Assembly (NCBI GenBank): GCA_965261395.1
Contig: OZ253462.1
Coordinates: 3,296,001 to 3,360,000 of the forward strand
Direction: 5' to 3'
Source of the DNA: Candidatus Latescibacterota bacterium
Lineage (GTDB): Bacteria; Latescibacterota; UBA2968; UBA8231
DNA length: 64,000 bases
Below are positions 8,175 through 17,243 of the stretch, piece by piece. Within the stretch, counting starts at the first letter, position 1. Every line of letters starts with the position of its first letter. Under the pieces are notes generated by a model. It saw only the letters and a list, made by a program, of their open reading frames with translations. It searched no databases and was not told the DNA's origin. The position numbers and the translations under genes are program-made.

Positions 8175-11100
8175 ATGGAAAAGTACATCCTGTGGCTCAT
8201 TTCGAGTCTGGTTCTGGGGGGAACGCTCCATCCCCTCCTCGCCCAAGGTCAGGCGTACCGGCTTACCGATAAGGCGGTTTACGTCGACCTTCCCGCGCAC
8301 TGGCGGAACTGGGAGTACCAGAACGACCTAGTCAGCAGCCTAAAAGTGGCGGTGGATTCCACGGGGTTGTTCATCGTCGATGGCGCGGGAATTCGCCCCC
8401 GGTATTTCACCGACAAGAAAAACGCGTCTCTTGAAGCCGGTCGACTTTTTTATACAGATGTAATTCGCGCCAATGGGAAAATTGTAGCGGCTGGGGCTTC
8501 GAGTCTTTCCAACGACCGCTTGGCTGCTGGTGCTATTGATGGCCGTCTGACGACCTACTGGGAGCCGGCCACCAGCGATGTCAATCCAGAGGGACTGCGC
8601 ACGTGGGAACTCCTAGTGGATCTGGGTCAGCTAGTGGTGGTGGACAGCATCACCGTGGTCTTCCCCGGTGCCCCGGATGAGGAAGATCTCGGCGACCCGC
8701 TCAAGACCTTTGTGTTGCTGGCGTCAATGGGCGAGCCTTCGCTGAGCACGGACAGCCAGAACATCAAATTCACGCTGTTGGGCAAAGCCACGGACCGGGA
8801 CCTGCAGCCGATGGGTACCGATGGCCGCTGGCGTCAGATTACCTTCTCTGTAGAGCCTCTCGATCGGGCGGACTTTGACCTAGACGGCTTTCCAGACATG
8901 CAGAGTTCTTTCCTGCACTATGTCAAAATCAAGGCCACGGACAGCGATTATGACCGCCGGATCTCGATCGGCGAGGGAGATTCGGCTCGGGTAGTGTACG
9001 AGACCCTGCCGCCGTTCCGGCGGGGCAAGCGGATCTACCAGCGGGCGACAGCGGGTGGATTGCTGGCCGAGGTGTCCGAGGAGGTCTACCAAGGTCTATC
9101 CCCGGACCGCAAGGGGCCCATCCGCTACTTTGTGAGGGAAGTGCCCCGCGTCCAAGAGGTGCAGGTGTGGACCAAGGGAGACAATCTAGTGCGCGATCTC
9201 ACCAAGCGAGCCGGGAGTTCCTATGAGGATGGTGGGCGGGGTGCCCCTTGGTGGTCAACGGACGGTCTCTACAATACCTGGTGGACGGCCAATGTGTGGT
9301 CGGCCCTCTATGCTAGGGCGACTATGTGGATTGATCTGGGGGCGACCTTTTGGACGGACGAGATGTACGTAGTTATGAACGGCAACTACTTTATCGGACA
9401 CGAATTTCTGGCCTCGGACGGCACCCTGTTGAATCCGGTTAAAATCGAGAGCCCGGAGGACTTCCCCCAACTGGAAAACGGACTGCAGTGGGAGAATATC
9501 ATCAGCGCTGGCAAGGTGGACAACCGGACTACCCAAGTGCGGATGTTCAGCGAGGAATTCACCCGGCGCAAAGTTCGCTTCCTCCAGGTCCGGGACATCG
9601 ACATCAGTGGGCGTCAATCCGGTCGCTACGGATCTTTTGGCAACCTCGCGGAGCTACAGTTGTACGGCAGCGGATACCCCGTCAGCGTGTGGCTCTACTC
9701 CCAGCCCATCCGCCTGCAGCGCCAAGGCGAAGATCGGCAGACGACCCTGTCCAGGATTGCCTGGGAGGGTGAGGCCATCGTCCGCCGACAAGATCCGAGC
9801 GGGGCCTTCATCGAAGTGGCCGAACCCCTCGATCTGCACCCGGAGGTCAGCTTGCAAATCCAGACCCGCACCAGTGAGCAGACCGACTCGCTCTTCACCT
9901 ATTTCGAGGTAGTCGATGACGGGGCAGGAGATTTTGTTCGCACGGAAATAGACGCGGAGCGCTATGGAGATCTGGAGCTGAGTTGGCGGGTCTGGAACCA
10001 CTGGCTGAGTCTGCCTCAAAGCAAACGCCACAAGAGCAAGCAGGATGATGATGGGGACGGCCAAAAAGACGAAGATAAGATCGATTTTATCGACAACGAC
10101 GGGGACGGCCAAATCGACGAGGATGGCAAGAAGCTGCGGCGGGCTCCCCGACAAACCCCAGACAGGGCAGGCGAGTTGGCTTTTGTGGGGTGGAGTTCTT
10201 GGAGCCGGAACTACCGGCCAACTGGGGGTCGTAGAGAGGCCGTGGTCACTTCTCCCAATCCCCGCAAGTTCCTACAGATTCGGGTAAACCTTCAATCGGA
10301 AGATCCCAATGCCACCGTTCGCCTCAAAGCGCTCCGCGTGGATCTCGTCCCGCCGCTGGCCCTGAACACAGGGGCTGAACTCGCCTTGCTGACTCCTCAG
10401 GGGCTGGAGCGCCCCTTGCACGATCTGGAGTCCGAGCCGCTGGACTATCGCCCGCCCCGCCAAGTCAACCCGCTGGAATTGCAGACCTATTCGTATTTCA
10501 TCCGGGCGGCCGGGCCCGATCCGCTGCAGCCGGAGGTGCAGGAGGGATTCGACGAAATCCTCATCCTCACCAAGCAGCCAGCCGCATTGCGGGGTGTGCG
10601 TCTCGGTGAGGTTCGGGTGGTTCGGGAATCGCGGGACAGCTTGCAGACCGCAATCAGGGCCATGGAGACCCGCTTCACCGACTACTTCCAGCGGGTGCCC
10701 GGAGACAGTCTCTTCCGCAATGTCGAGGGCCAGTCTCTGCAAATGCTGGCGCGGCCGGGTTCGGATTCGCTCTACTTTCGTCTGCCCTTTTCCCTCAACA
10801 AAGACAACCGAGGGCAGACCCACGCCATTGCCGAGGTGCAGTTGGCCGTGAAAATGTACCGGGATGGGACGGAATTGCACAGTTCCATGCGCAATTCTCA
10901 GAACCCTGAAATGGACTTTCAGAAGGTCGAATTCGACGGTCAGGACGCCACTGAGCTGGTCGAACACAACGCCGTCCGGGTCAGTCTAGACCAGTCCGCC
11001 GACGAGTTGGTCCGCGTGTTGGAGGTGAACCCCTTTGTCACGCCCAACGGGGACGGCGTCAACGATCAGTTGCAGATCGAATTCGCTCTGATACAGATCC

Positions 11101-11345
11101 TGCAAGATCGTCCCATCGAAGTTGCACTATACGACTTGTCCGGCCGGCTGGTCGGCCGTGCCGTCCAGATGCAGGAGGGAAGGGTGATAGAGAGCATCGG
11201 CAAAGCAGGTGAGCTGCAGTTCACTTGGGATGGGCGCAATCCATCCGGGGCGCTGGTGCCTCCGGGAATCTACCTGTGCCGGATCCAAGTCGAAGCCGAC
11301 CAGGGCGACGAAAAGGTCGTGCTTCCCGTGCACGTGGTCTATTGA
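8175..11345 (+). CDS. secreted protein with two discoidin-like domains, DxDxDG repeats and FlgD-Ig/CHU_C-like tail (paralogue 2)
   Basis: Signal peptide; IDGRLTTYWEP, LVDLG, IDLGATFW, LAELQLYG; DDDGDGQKDED..DNDGDGQIDED; FVTPNGDGVND...WDGRNPSGALVPPGIY...VHVVY. Confidence 0.75.
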   Translation: MEKYILWLISSLVLGGTLHPLLAQGQAYRLTDKAVYVDLPAHWRNWEYQNDLVSSLKVAVDSTGLFIVDGAGIRPRYFTDKKNASLEAGRLFYTDVIRANGKIVAAGASSLSNDRLAAGAIDGRLTTYWEPATSDVNPEGLRTWELLVDLGQLVVVDSITVVFPGAPDEEDLGDPLKTFVLLASMGEPSLSTDSQNIKFTLLGKATDRDLQPMGTDGRWRQITFSVEPLDRADFDLDGFPDMQSSFLHYVKIKATDSDYDRRISIGEGDSARVVYETLPPFRRGKRIYQRATAGGLLAEVSEEVYQGLSPDRKGPIRYFVREVPRVQEVQVWTKGDNLVRDLTKRAGSSYEDGGRGAPWWSTDGLYNTWWTANVWSALYARATMWIDLGATFWTDEMYVVMNGNYFIGHEFLASDGTLLNPVKIESPEDFPQLENGLQWENIISAGKVDNRTTQVRMFSEEFTRRKVRFLQVRDIDISGRQSGRYGSFGNLAELQLYGSGYPVSVWLYSQPIRLQRQGEDRQTTLSRIAWEGEAIVRRQDPSGAFIEVAEPLDLHPEVSLQIQTRTSEQTDSLFTYFEVVDDGAGDFVRTEIDAERYGDLELSWRVWNHWLSLPQSKRHKSKQDDDGDGQKDEDKIDFIDNDGDGQIDEDGKKLRRAPRQTPDRAGELAFVGWSSWSRNYRPTGGRREAVVTSPNPRKFLQIRVNLQSEDPNATVRLKALRVDLVPPLALNTGAELALLTPQGLERPLHDLESEPLDYRPPRQVNPLELQTYSYFIRAAGPDPLQPEVQEGFDEILILTKQPAALRGVRLGEVRVVRESRDSLQTAIRAMETRFTDYFQRVPGDSLFRNVEGQSLQMLARPGSDSLYFRLPFSLNKDNRGQTHAIAEVQLAVKMYRDGTELHSSMRNSQNPEMDFQKVEFDGQDATELVEHNAVRVSLDQSADELVRVLEVNPFVTPNGDGVNDQLQIEFALIQILQDRPIEVALYDLSGRLVGRAVQMQEGRVIESIGKAGELQFTWDGRNPSGALVPPGIYLCRIQVEADQGDEKVVLPVHVVY

Positions 11346-11393
11346 GTCGAGATCTACCGAGATAATTCCACTCGAGTCTGGCAGGAGGGTGTT

Positions 11394-14135
11394 GTGCACA
11401 GACCATACGGCAGACGTTTCGTATGTTTTTTTGCCCTGTGCGTCCTACTCGCAGAGGAGCCGCTCCAAGCCCAGGAAATCGGCACCCGCCTAGGGGCGCG
11501 GCGCGGCGGCGAGATTTCCTATGAATTGCAGGGTTCGGGCGTGCTTTTTGATGCCTTGGATCCGGCGGTCAAGAAGTGGTACGTACCCCAGGAGTTATTC
11601 TACGAATTCCAGTGGCGCCAGTGGCAGTATTCCAACTACGCTCGCAGCCGCTACCTCAGGTACGTGAACACCTCGCTCGAAGGAGACTATTTCTACGATC
11701 TCTACGGCAATTTCATCACCCGCGGCAAACTCGTATACGACTGGCGCGTCTCCACTCCCCAAGTGGCCGGGAATGCCCTGTTCAAGGGCAGCGAGTTCAG
11801 ATCTTGGTTCAACAACTTGGTGATCGCCTCGGACTCAAAGGGCCAGTACTTCTACAGCCTGACCGTGGGCGACAGGATTCGCACGACGCTGACGCCCATG
11901 ACCTTTTCCAAACCCAGCTTTACTGGTATGCAGTTCGATTTCGCCAGCGACAAGTACGAGTTTACCCTCCTTGCCTCGCGTCCCAGCGCGGCCGGAGCAG
12001 TCGGCGACCTGGGGCCCTCCGGAGCCGGTGAGCGCTCCAATGATACCAATCTATTGGGAGGTCGTGGCACCATCCAGGTGGGTGACTTCGTCCGGTTGGG
12101 GACGACCTATGTCAGCGCCTTCAATGCGCAGACCAAGAACCAAGCCTTCTCGGGGAACCCGTTCAGGGGCACCTTGACCGAAGGGCAGAACAACGATGTA
12201 ACGCGCATTGAGATCCGCCTGAGTGACGACTCGCCCGAAGACGGCGATGGCGGGACGGCCTTCTTCCAAGAAGAGATCATCATCACCAATATCGACGGCA
12301 AGCGCTTCAGCAATCGCCGTCCTTTGGACGGCAATTCCATCCTCAACTTTTTCCCCACTATCCAAGGCGGCTTCCGCCAGGAAGGCTTCCTCTCGGCCGA
12401 TGGCAGCGAAGTCATAAGCCTGATATACGATCTGGAGGGTCCAGAATACCGCCAGGCCTTTGGCCCGGCTCCCGATCGGATCAAGAGCGTCGAATTCGTG
12501 CTGCTGCTGGCCAATGACTATCGCATTGACCTGACCTCCAACCGCCAAGTGAACCAGAAACGACAACCGGTGACGCTGGCCGAGGGCATTCCCGAGCGCA
12601 CAATTCGCGCCCCGGGCAATGTCCAGGACGGCTCCAACCAGCGTTTTATTTCCCTCCTGTACGGACTACCCGTAGGCAACGAAATCTTCGGCTTTACCCT
12701 CGATGTGGAAAATGCGCAGGGATTTTTCCTGGCGGGCGAATTCGCCCACAACCGGCAACACAAGCGCTATCCACGCCGGCTGGAAACGGATGTGACCGAA
12801 CACACGCCTTCTCAAGAAAGCGGGGACGCTTGGTTTCTGAATCTGTACAAACGGGCTCATCCGCTGTTCTTTTTTGCCGAAGCCTACAGCATGGATCCAA
12901 GCTACAGTACCAGCACTTTCCTGGCGGGCGTCCAGAACGATCTGGGACCGATCCTCTACGACGACAACCGCCAGTTTGTCTACGAATTTGTCGAGGACAA
13001 CGACGACCAGGACCGCTTCCCCGACTGGTTCCGCCGCGGTTTCACTCGCGACACCGAGATCTTTCCGGGCTGGGATGAGAACAGAGACTTCATCGTCGAC
13101 TTCAACCAGAATGACAATCTCCGGCGTCCCAACACCATCCCCGACTACGAAGAGCCCTTCCTGCGCTACAGTTCGGACCGGCCGGACTTTCTCTTTGGGA
13201 TCGACATGAACAACAACGGCATTGTCGATCGCTTTGAGAACGACATCCAGCCGGACTATCTCTACAAGCGGGATCGACGGGGCTACAATATCTACGTCGG
13301 TTCCAGTCTGGGGCCCGACGCCCGTCTGAGCGTGGGACGCCAGCGCGAGAGGCAATTGGCGGATGATCGGCGGAACAAAAGTACCTATCTATTGCTGACC
13401 TACGAGAAGGATTTTCCGCGGCGAGGACGGCTGCAATTCTACGACAATCTGCGCAGGATTGAGGACAATATCCGCGACAACGTGATAGAATGGGTGCTCC
13501 GGGAGGGGTCGCGAGGAGATTTCGTGCCCTTCGAAGACCCCCTGCCCGCCCGCAATGCCTGGGCCAATACTCTCTACTTGGGCTACCATTACGCCGCGGA
13601 TAACCTGCGCATTATCAACCGCTTCAAATACGAGTTCTTCCGCCAAGTGGACTTCGATGAGCGGCCTTTCAAGCAGCAGAACATCCGCGAGATGGCCAGC
13701 CTGCTGGGGATCATCAACAAAGCGGAATACACCTTTAACTTGGGCGCTCTGCGGCTGGAGCCGCGCTGGAAGAACGAGTTTTTGCGCCACCGGCCCACCC
13801 GCAAAGAAGAACAGATCCGCGTGGCTACTACCGAACTACGGGAGCTTTTGTCCCTGATAGGTCGCATTTCGATTCTATCCAGGACCACCCTGCAGGTCGG
13901 CCTGGAATACTTTTACGTCAACCAGTTCAGGGATATCCTCGAGAACGATCCGGTCCGCTCAGATCGCAATGAGCTGATCTATGCTCTCCAACTCACCAAC
14001 AACGTGGCCTACTTGGGCTACGACTTGTGGGCCCAGGCGGGTATCCACATCGCCCGGGTCGATCGGCAGGCCGCGGCCAAAGTGCAGACGGAGAGCAGCC
14101 TTTTTCTCACGCTGTACGCTGGTTTTGGGGAGTGA
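11394..14135 (+). CDS. putative outer-membrane beta-barrel protein with acidic, possibly Ca-binding insert (barrel paralogue A)
   Basis: GTG start with GGAGG RBS; signal peptide (LQA-Q); many amphipathic aromatic beta-strands; ends ...SLFLTLYAGFGE; colinear with 54225-56933. Confidence 0.65.
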   Translation: MHRPYGRRFVCFFALCVLLAEEPLQAQEIGTRLGARRGGEISYELQGSGVLFDALDPAVKKWYVPQELFYEFQWRQWQYSNYARSRYLRYVNTSLEGDYFYDLYGNFITRGKLVYDWRVSTPQVAGNALFKGSEFRSWFNNLVIASDSKGQYFYSLTVGDRIRTTLTPMTFSKPSFTGMQFDFASDKYEFTLLASRPSAAGAVGDLGPSGAGERSNDTNLLGGRGTIQVGDFVRLGTTYVSAFNAQTKNQAFSGNPFRGTLTEGQNNDVTRIEIRLSDDSPEDGDGGTAFFQEEIIITNIDGKRFSNRRPLDGNSILNFFPTIQGGFRQEGFLSADGSEVISLIYDLEGPEYRQAFGPAPDRIKSVEFVLLLANDYRIDLTSNRQVNQKRQPVTLAEGIPERTIRAPGNVQDGSNQRFISLLYGLPVGNEIFGFTLDVENAQGFFLAGEFAHNRQHKRYPRRLETDVTEHTPSQESGDAWFLNLYKRAHPLFFFAEAYSMDPSYSTSTFLAGVQNDLGPILYDDNRQFVYEFVEDNDDQDRFPDWFRRGFTRDTEIFPGWDENRDFIVDFNQNDNLRRPNTIPDYEEPFLRYSSDRPDFLFGIDMNNNGIVDRFENDIQPDYLYKRDRRGYNIYVGSSLGPDARLSVGRQRERQLADDRRNKSTYLLLTYEKDFPRRGRLQFYDNLRRIEDNIRDNVIEWVLREGSRGDFVPFEDPLPARNAWANTLYLGYHYAADNLRIINRFKYEFFRQVDFDERPFKQQNIREMASLLGIINKAEYTFNLGALRLEPRWKNEFLRHRPTRKEEQIRVATTELRELLSLIGRISILSRTTLQVGLEYFYVNQFRDILENDPVRSDRNELIYALQLTNNVAYLGYDLWAQAGIHIARVDRQAAAKVQTESSLFLTLYAGFGE

Positions 14136-14174
14136 GTTCGCTTCTCTCGGTGGAACTTGGAGGCCGTATCGATC

Positions 14175-16364
14175 ATGAGTAGACAGAAGAGCCTGCTGAT
14201 CTGGAGCGCCCTGTCCCTAGTGGGCGCAAGCGCACTGTCAGCAGAGGTCGAAAAGTGGCGAGTGGGGGACGAGATGCATCCTTGGCAACTGGTCCCGGTG
14301 AGCGGGATCACTCGGTGGGGCCGGGGCTGGGCCTTGGAAATCCTCCAAGACGGGGACGGTAGCACGTGGCTTAGTCCCGTCCGCCTAGACAGCACTTTGA
14401 ACTTGGTCGCCTTGCTTGCCGAACGGGCCCAAAGGGGTGAGTACGGTACAGATATCGCCATTGTCCCCAGCGAGGCGGGAGTCCGCATAGAAGTGGCCGA
14501 CCCCTTCAATACCACGGCCTATGGGGGGACCAAAAAAAACAGGGCCAAGATGGCCGACGGCGATCTGTTCACTGCCTACGGTCTCACCACCCGAGACGCC
14601 AATGCTCGCTTCGACCTCCGCTTTCAGGGCTACTACTACATCCAGCGGATCGTTTTCCAGCCGCGCCCCAGCGTGCCAGAGGCCACCATGCGGGATTACT
14701 GGGTGCGCTACGGGAATGCCGCGCACATCAACAACAACAGGCTGAGTGTCTATCCCTTTGTGATCCCTCCCCAAGTCGGCCAGCAAATACCCGTAATCAA
14801 GGATATATCTCTGGATCAACCACTGCTGATGGGGATGGTGGACATTCTCTCCCGACATCCACCCGGCGAGTACTGGGAGATCGCCGAGGTGGAAATTTAC
14901 GGAGATGGGTATCCCACGGATGGTTTCTATGCTTCGGAGATAATCGACTTGGGGGTGAATCCACCCGGCGTGCGGCGCTATACCCAGCAGTGGGATCGTT
15001 ACAAGCTAGAAGACCGGACAGAAGTAGAGAGCCAGTTCCCCGACCAGGAGGGCAATTCGGTCACCTGGGGAAAGGTGCGCTGGAAAGCCCGTCGCCTGGG
15101 GGAGGAAGGGGACGTGCGCATTCAGTTTCGCGCCGGAAATTCCTTGGACACCCATATTTACCAGCGGCGAGTGGGGAAGGATGTGGTCGATATGCGGGAC
15201 GAAAACGGCCGTACCCTGGACGCGTTCGGTTGGGCGAATCTCAACTCGCTGATGCGGGTGCCAGAGCACAACCTACCCTACAACGAGTTGGGTGCCCCAC
15301 TGGGGGCCGATGGTCCCAAAGGCTGGAGTTTCTGGTCGGCGTCGCTCCGCTACGAGGATGGCTTGGTTGATCAGACGCGGCCGGCAGAGGAGAGCGGCAT
15401 CCTCCTGCCCTTGCCCAGTCAGACCCGCTATCTGCAATTTCGCATCTTCTTCGACAGTTTGCAGCACAGCGCGGTGCTCTTCGACTACCTCGAATTCGAA
15501 TACGATGTCCCCATAGTGGGCCACGGAGTCCGCGGCGAAATCTTTCCTCCCCAGGCGTCCTTAGGTGAGGAGACCACGTTCCGCTATTTTCTCAAACCCT
15601 TCTTTGACCCAAACGACCACAGGGGCTTCAACCGCATTGAGATCGCCGTGCCCAGCCGGGACACTAGGATTCAGACGCTCAAGGTGGACGACCAGCCCTG
15701 GGTAGAGATACCAGTGGCGGCCACAGAGGGGGTAGAGCCGCAACGGCTGCCGCCAGAGCCCGGCGGACTCGATTCACTGGGGCAGTTCACCCAGACCATG
15801 GTCCTAGGCAGCTCCAGCAAGCTGTTGGTCGAGCTGCCGCCCCTCGACGTGGCCGATTTTCCGCCGGGACAGGAGCGGAATATTGAGATCGTCTTCACCT
15901 CAACCCTCTTCAATGGCTCGTGGCAGTTCACCAGCGCGGTGTGGAACGACGCCGAAAAGGGCATCCCCCAGCCCACGGAACCCGGGGATGCCAGTCCCGA
16001 ATTGAGTACGGACGTATTCACCGTAGTGGCAGAAAATTTAGGGAACCTCATCAATCGGCCCCTTGTGGAACCCAATCCCTTTACACCCAACGGCGACGGA
16101 ATTAACGACGAAGCCCTAATCTCCGTTGACCTCTTTCTGATTTCCGAGCCCATAGAACTCACCGTTGATCTGTACGACTTGTCGGGGCGTCGGGTGCGCA
16201 GCCTGGGACACGGGCGGCACGGGGCTGGTGTGGTCGAGTTGCGCTGGGACGGTCGGGACGACAGGGGGGGGATACTGCCCCCCGGAATTTACCTATATCG
16301 CGTAAGAGCGGATGCGGACGACAAACTCAAAAGGCAGACCGGGATCTTGGCCATGCTCTATTGA
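14175..16364 (+). CDS. secreted discoidin-like + FlgD-Ig/CHU_C-tail protein (paralogue 3)
   Basis: Signal peptide (ALS-A); ADGDLFTAY, EIAEVEIYGDGY, WGKVRW, WSFWS; PNPFTPNGDGIND...WDGRDDRGGILPPGIY...LAMLY. Start may be TTG at 14157. Confidence 0.75.
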   Translation: MSRQKSLLIWSALSLVGASALSAEVEKWRVGDEMHPWQLVPVSGITRWGRGWALEILQDGDGSTWLSPVRLDSTLNLVALLAERAQRGEYGTDIAIVPSEAGVRIEVADPFNTTAYGGTKKNRAKMADGDLFTAYGLTTRDANARFDLRFQGYYYIQRIVFQPRPSVPEATMRDYWVRYGNAAHINNNRLSVYPFVIPPQVGQQIPVIKDISLDQPLLMGMVDILSRHPPGEYWEIAEVEIYGDGYPTDGFYASEIIDLGVNPPGVRRYTQQWDRYKLEDRTEVESQFPDQEGNSVTWGKVRWKARRLGEEGDVRIQFRAGNSLDTHIYQRRVGKDVVDMRDENGRTLDAFGWANLNSLMRVPEHNLPYNELGAPLGADGPKGWSFWSASLRYEDGLVDQTRPAEESGILLPLPSQTRYLQFRIFFDSLQHSAVLFDYLEFEYDVPIVGHGVRGEIFPPQASLGEETTFRYFLKPFFDPNDHRGFNRIEIAVPSRDTRIQTLKVDDQPWVEIPVAATEGVEPQRLPPEPGGLDSLGQFTQTMVLGSSSKLLVELPPLDVADFPPGQERNIEIVFTSTLFNGSWQFTSAVWNDAEKGIPQPTEPGDASPELSTDVFTVVAENLGNLINRPLVEPNPFTPNGDGINDEALISVDLFLISEPIELTVDLYDLSGRRVRSLGHGRHGAGVVELRWDGRDDRGGILPPGIYLYRVRADADDKLKRQTGILAMLY

Positions 16365-16407
16365 GATACTCCCGGGCGCGCTCAAACCCTGAATAGGATA
16401 ATCTGGT

Positions 16408-17190
16408 ATGCATAGAGTACACTGCGTCCTTTTGCTGGCACTGGGGTCAATCGGCTTGACCGCGAGTTGTGCCTATCACTACTATGCCGGCAATCTGCGG
16501 CCGATGGACGAAGCAGTTCAGGGCGAGAGCAGAAGGGTCACGGACGACGGCTCTGTCATTTTCACCGCGGGACGGCTAGAAATCCAATTGCGCCCCATGA
16601 ACGACGAGGAATTGAACCGCCAGTTCAGTGTGGCTACAGAGCAGGGGACCAACCCCTATACCTACGGCCAGACAAAGATCTTCAGGACCAACCGGACTCC
16701 CAGCCGCTTTACGGTCTTCCGGTTGAGCGCGAAGAATTACGCCTATCCCAAAGTCCACATAGACCCCACTAGCCTCTACATTGAGACCGACAACGGCCGC
16801 AAGTACGCCGCGCTTAGTTTTGCCCAGCTCAAAATTTACTACCGGAGCTTTTCCCTCGGGGGGTCGGGTGGTGGAGCAGGGAATAGCGGGGATAGAAGTC
16901 GGGGTATGCGTCGGGGCGGGGAGTATCAAACCTGGCAGGAGCGCCAGGGCATCCTCAGGCGCACCTTGTTCGCCGACGAGATGATCTTCAGTGGCCAAGA
17001 GCGCGAAGGATATGTCGTCTTCAAAACTCTGGCTCCTGATGTCGCCAAGCTGACCGTCCACATTCCCGATATTACCGTGCGCTTCGATTTTAGGGACCAA
17101 CCCATTGAGACGCTTGATGTCACCTCCCGATTTGAGCGAGACATCGGACGGGAGTACCCGGACGGGCGTATTGAGTTGGCTCGGAAATAG
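16408..17190 (+). CDS. hypothetical lipoprotein
   Basis: Lipobox-like LTASC after a hydrophobic stretch; Gly-rich loop GGSGGGAGNSG; co-directional within the operon. Confidence 0.7.
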   Translation: MHRVHCVLLLALGSIGLTASCAYHYYAGNLRPMDEAVQGESRRVTDDGSVIFTAGRLEIQLRPMNDEELNRQFSVATEQGTNPYTYGQTKIFRTNRTPSRFTVFRLSAKNYAYPKVHIDPTSLYIETDNGRKYAALSFAQLKIYYRSFSLGGSGGGAGNSGDRSRGMRRGGEYQTWQERQGILRRTLFADEMIFSGQEREGYVVFKTLAPDVAKLTVHIPDITVRFDFRDQPIETLDVTSRFERDIGREYPDGRIELARK

Positions 17191-17243
17191 GGAAACCGGA
17201 TGAGTGGGAGTCTGCTGCCGTGAATTGCCGTGGAGAACGACGC

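Noticed and set aside
11394-14135. Calling the barrel a TonB-dependent receptor, BamA or SprA
   Set aside because: I could not recognise a TonB box/plug, POTRA domains or a terminal Phe signature, and it is far shorter than SprA, so it was left unnamed.
5600-16364. Flagellar hook-capping (FlgD) function for the tailed proteins
   Set aside because: Only the Ig-like tail resembles FlgD. The proteins have Sec signal peptides, are 700-1050 aa long, and no flagellar genes are present.
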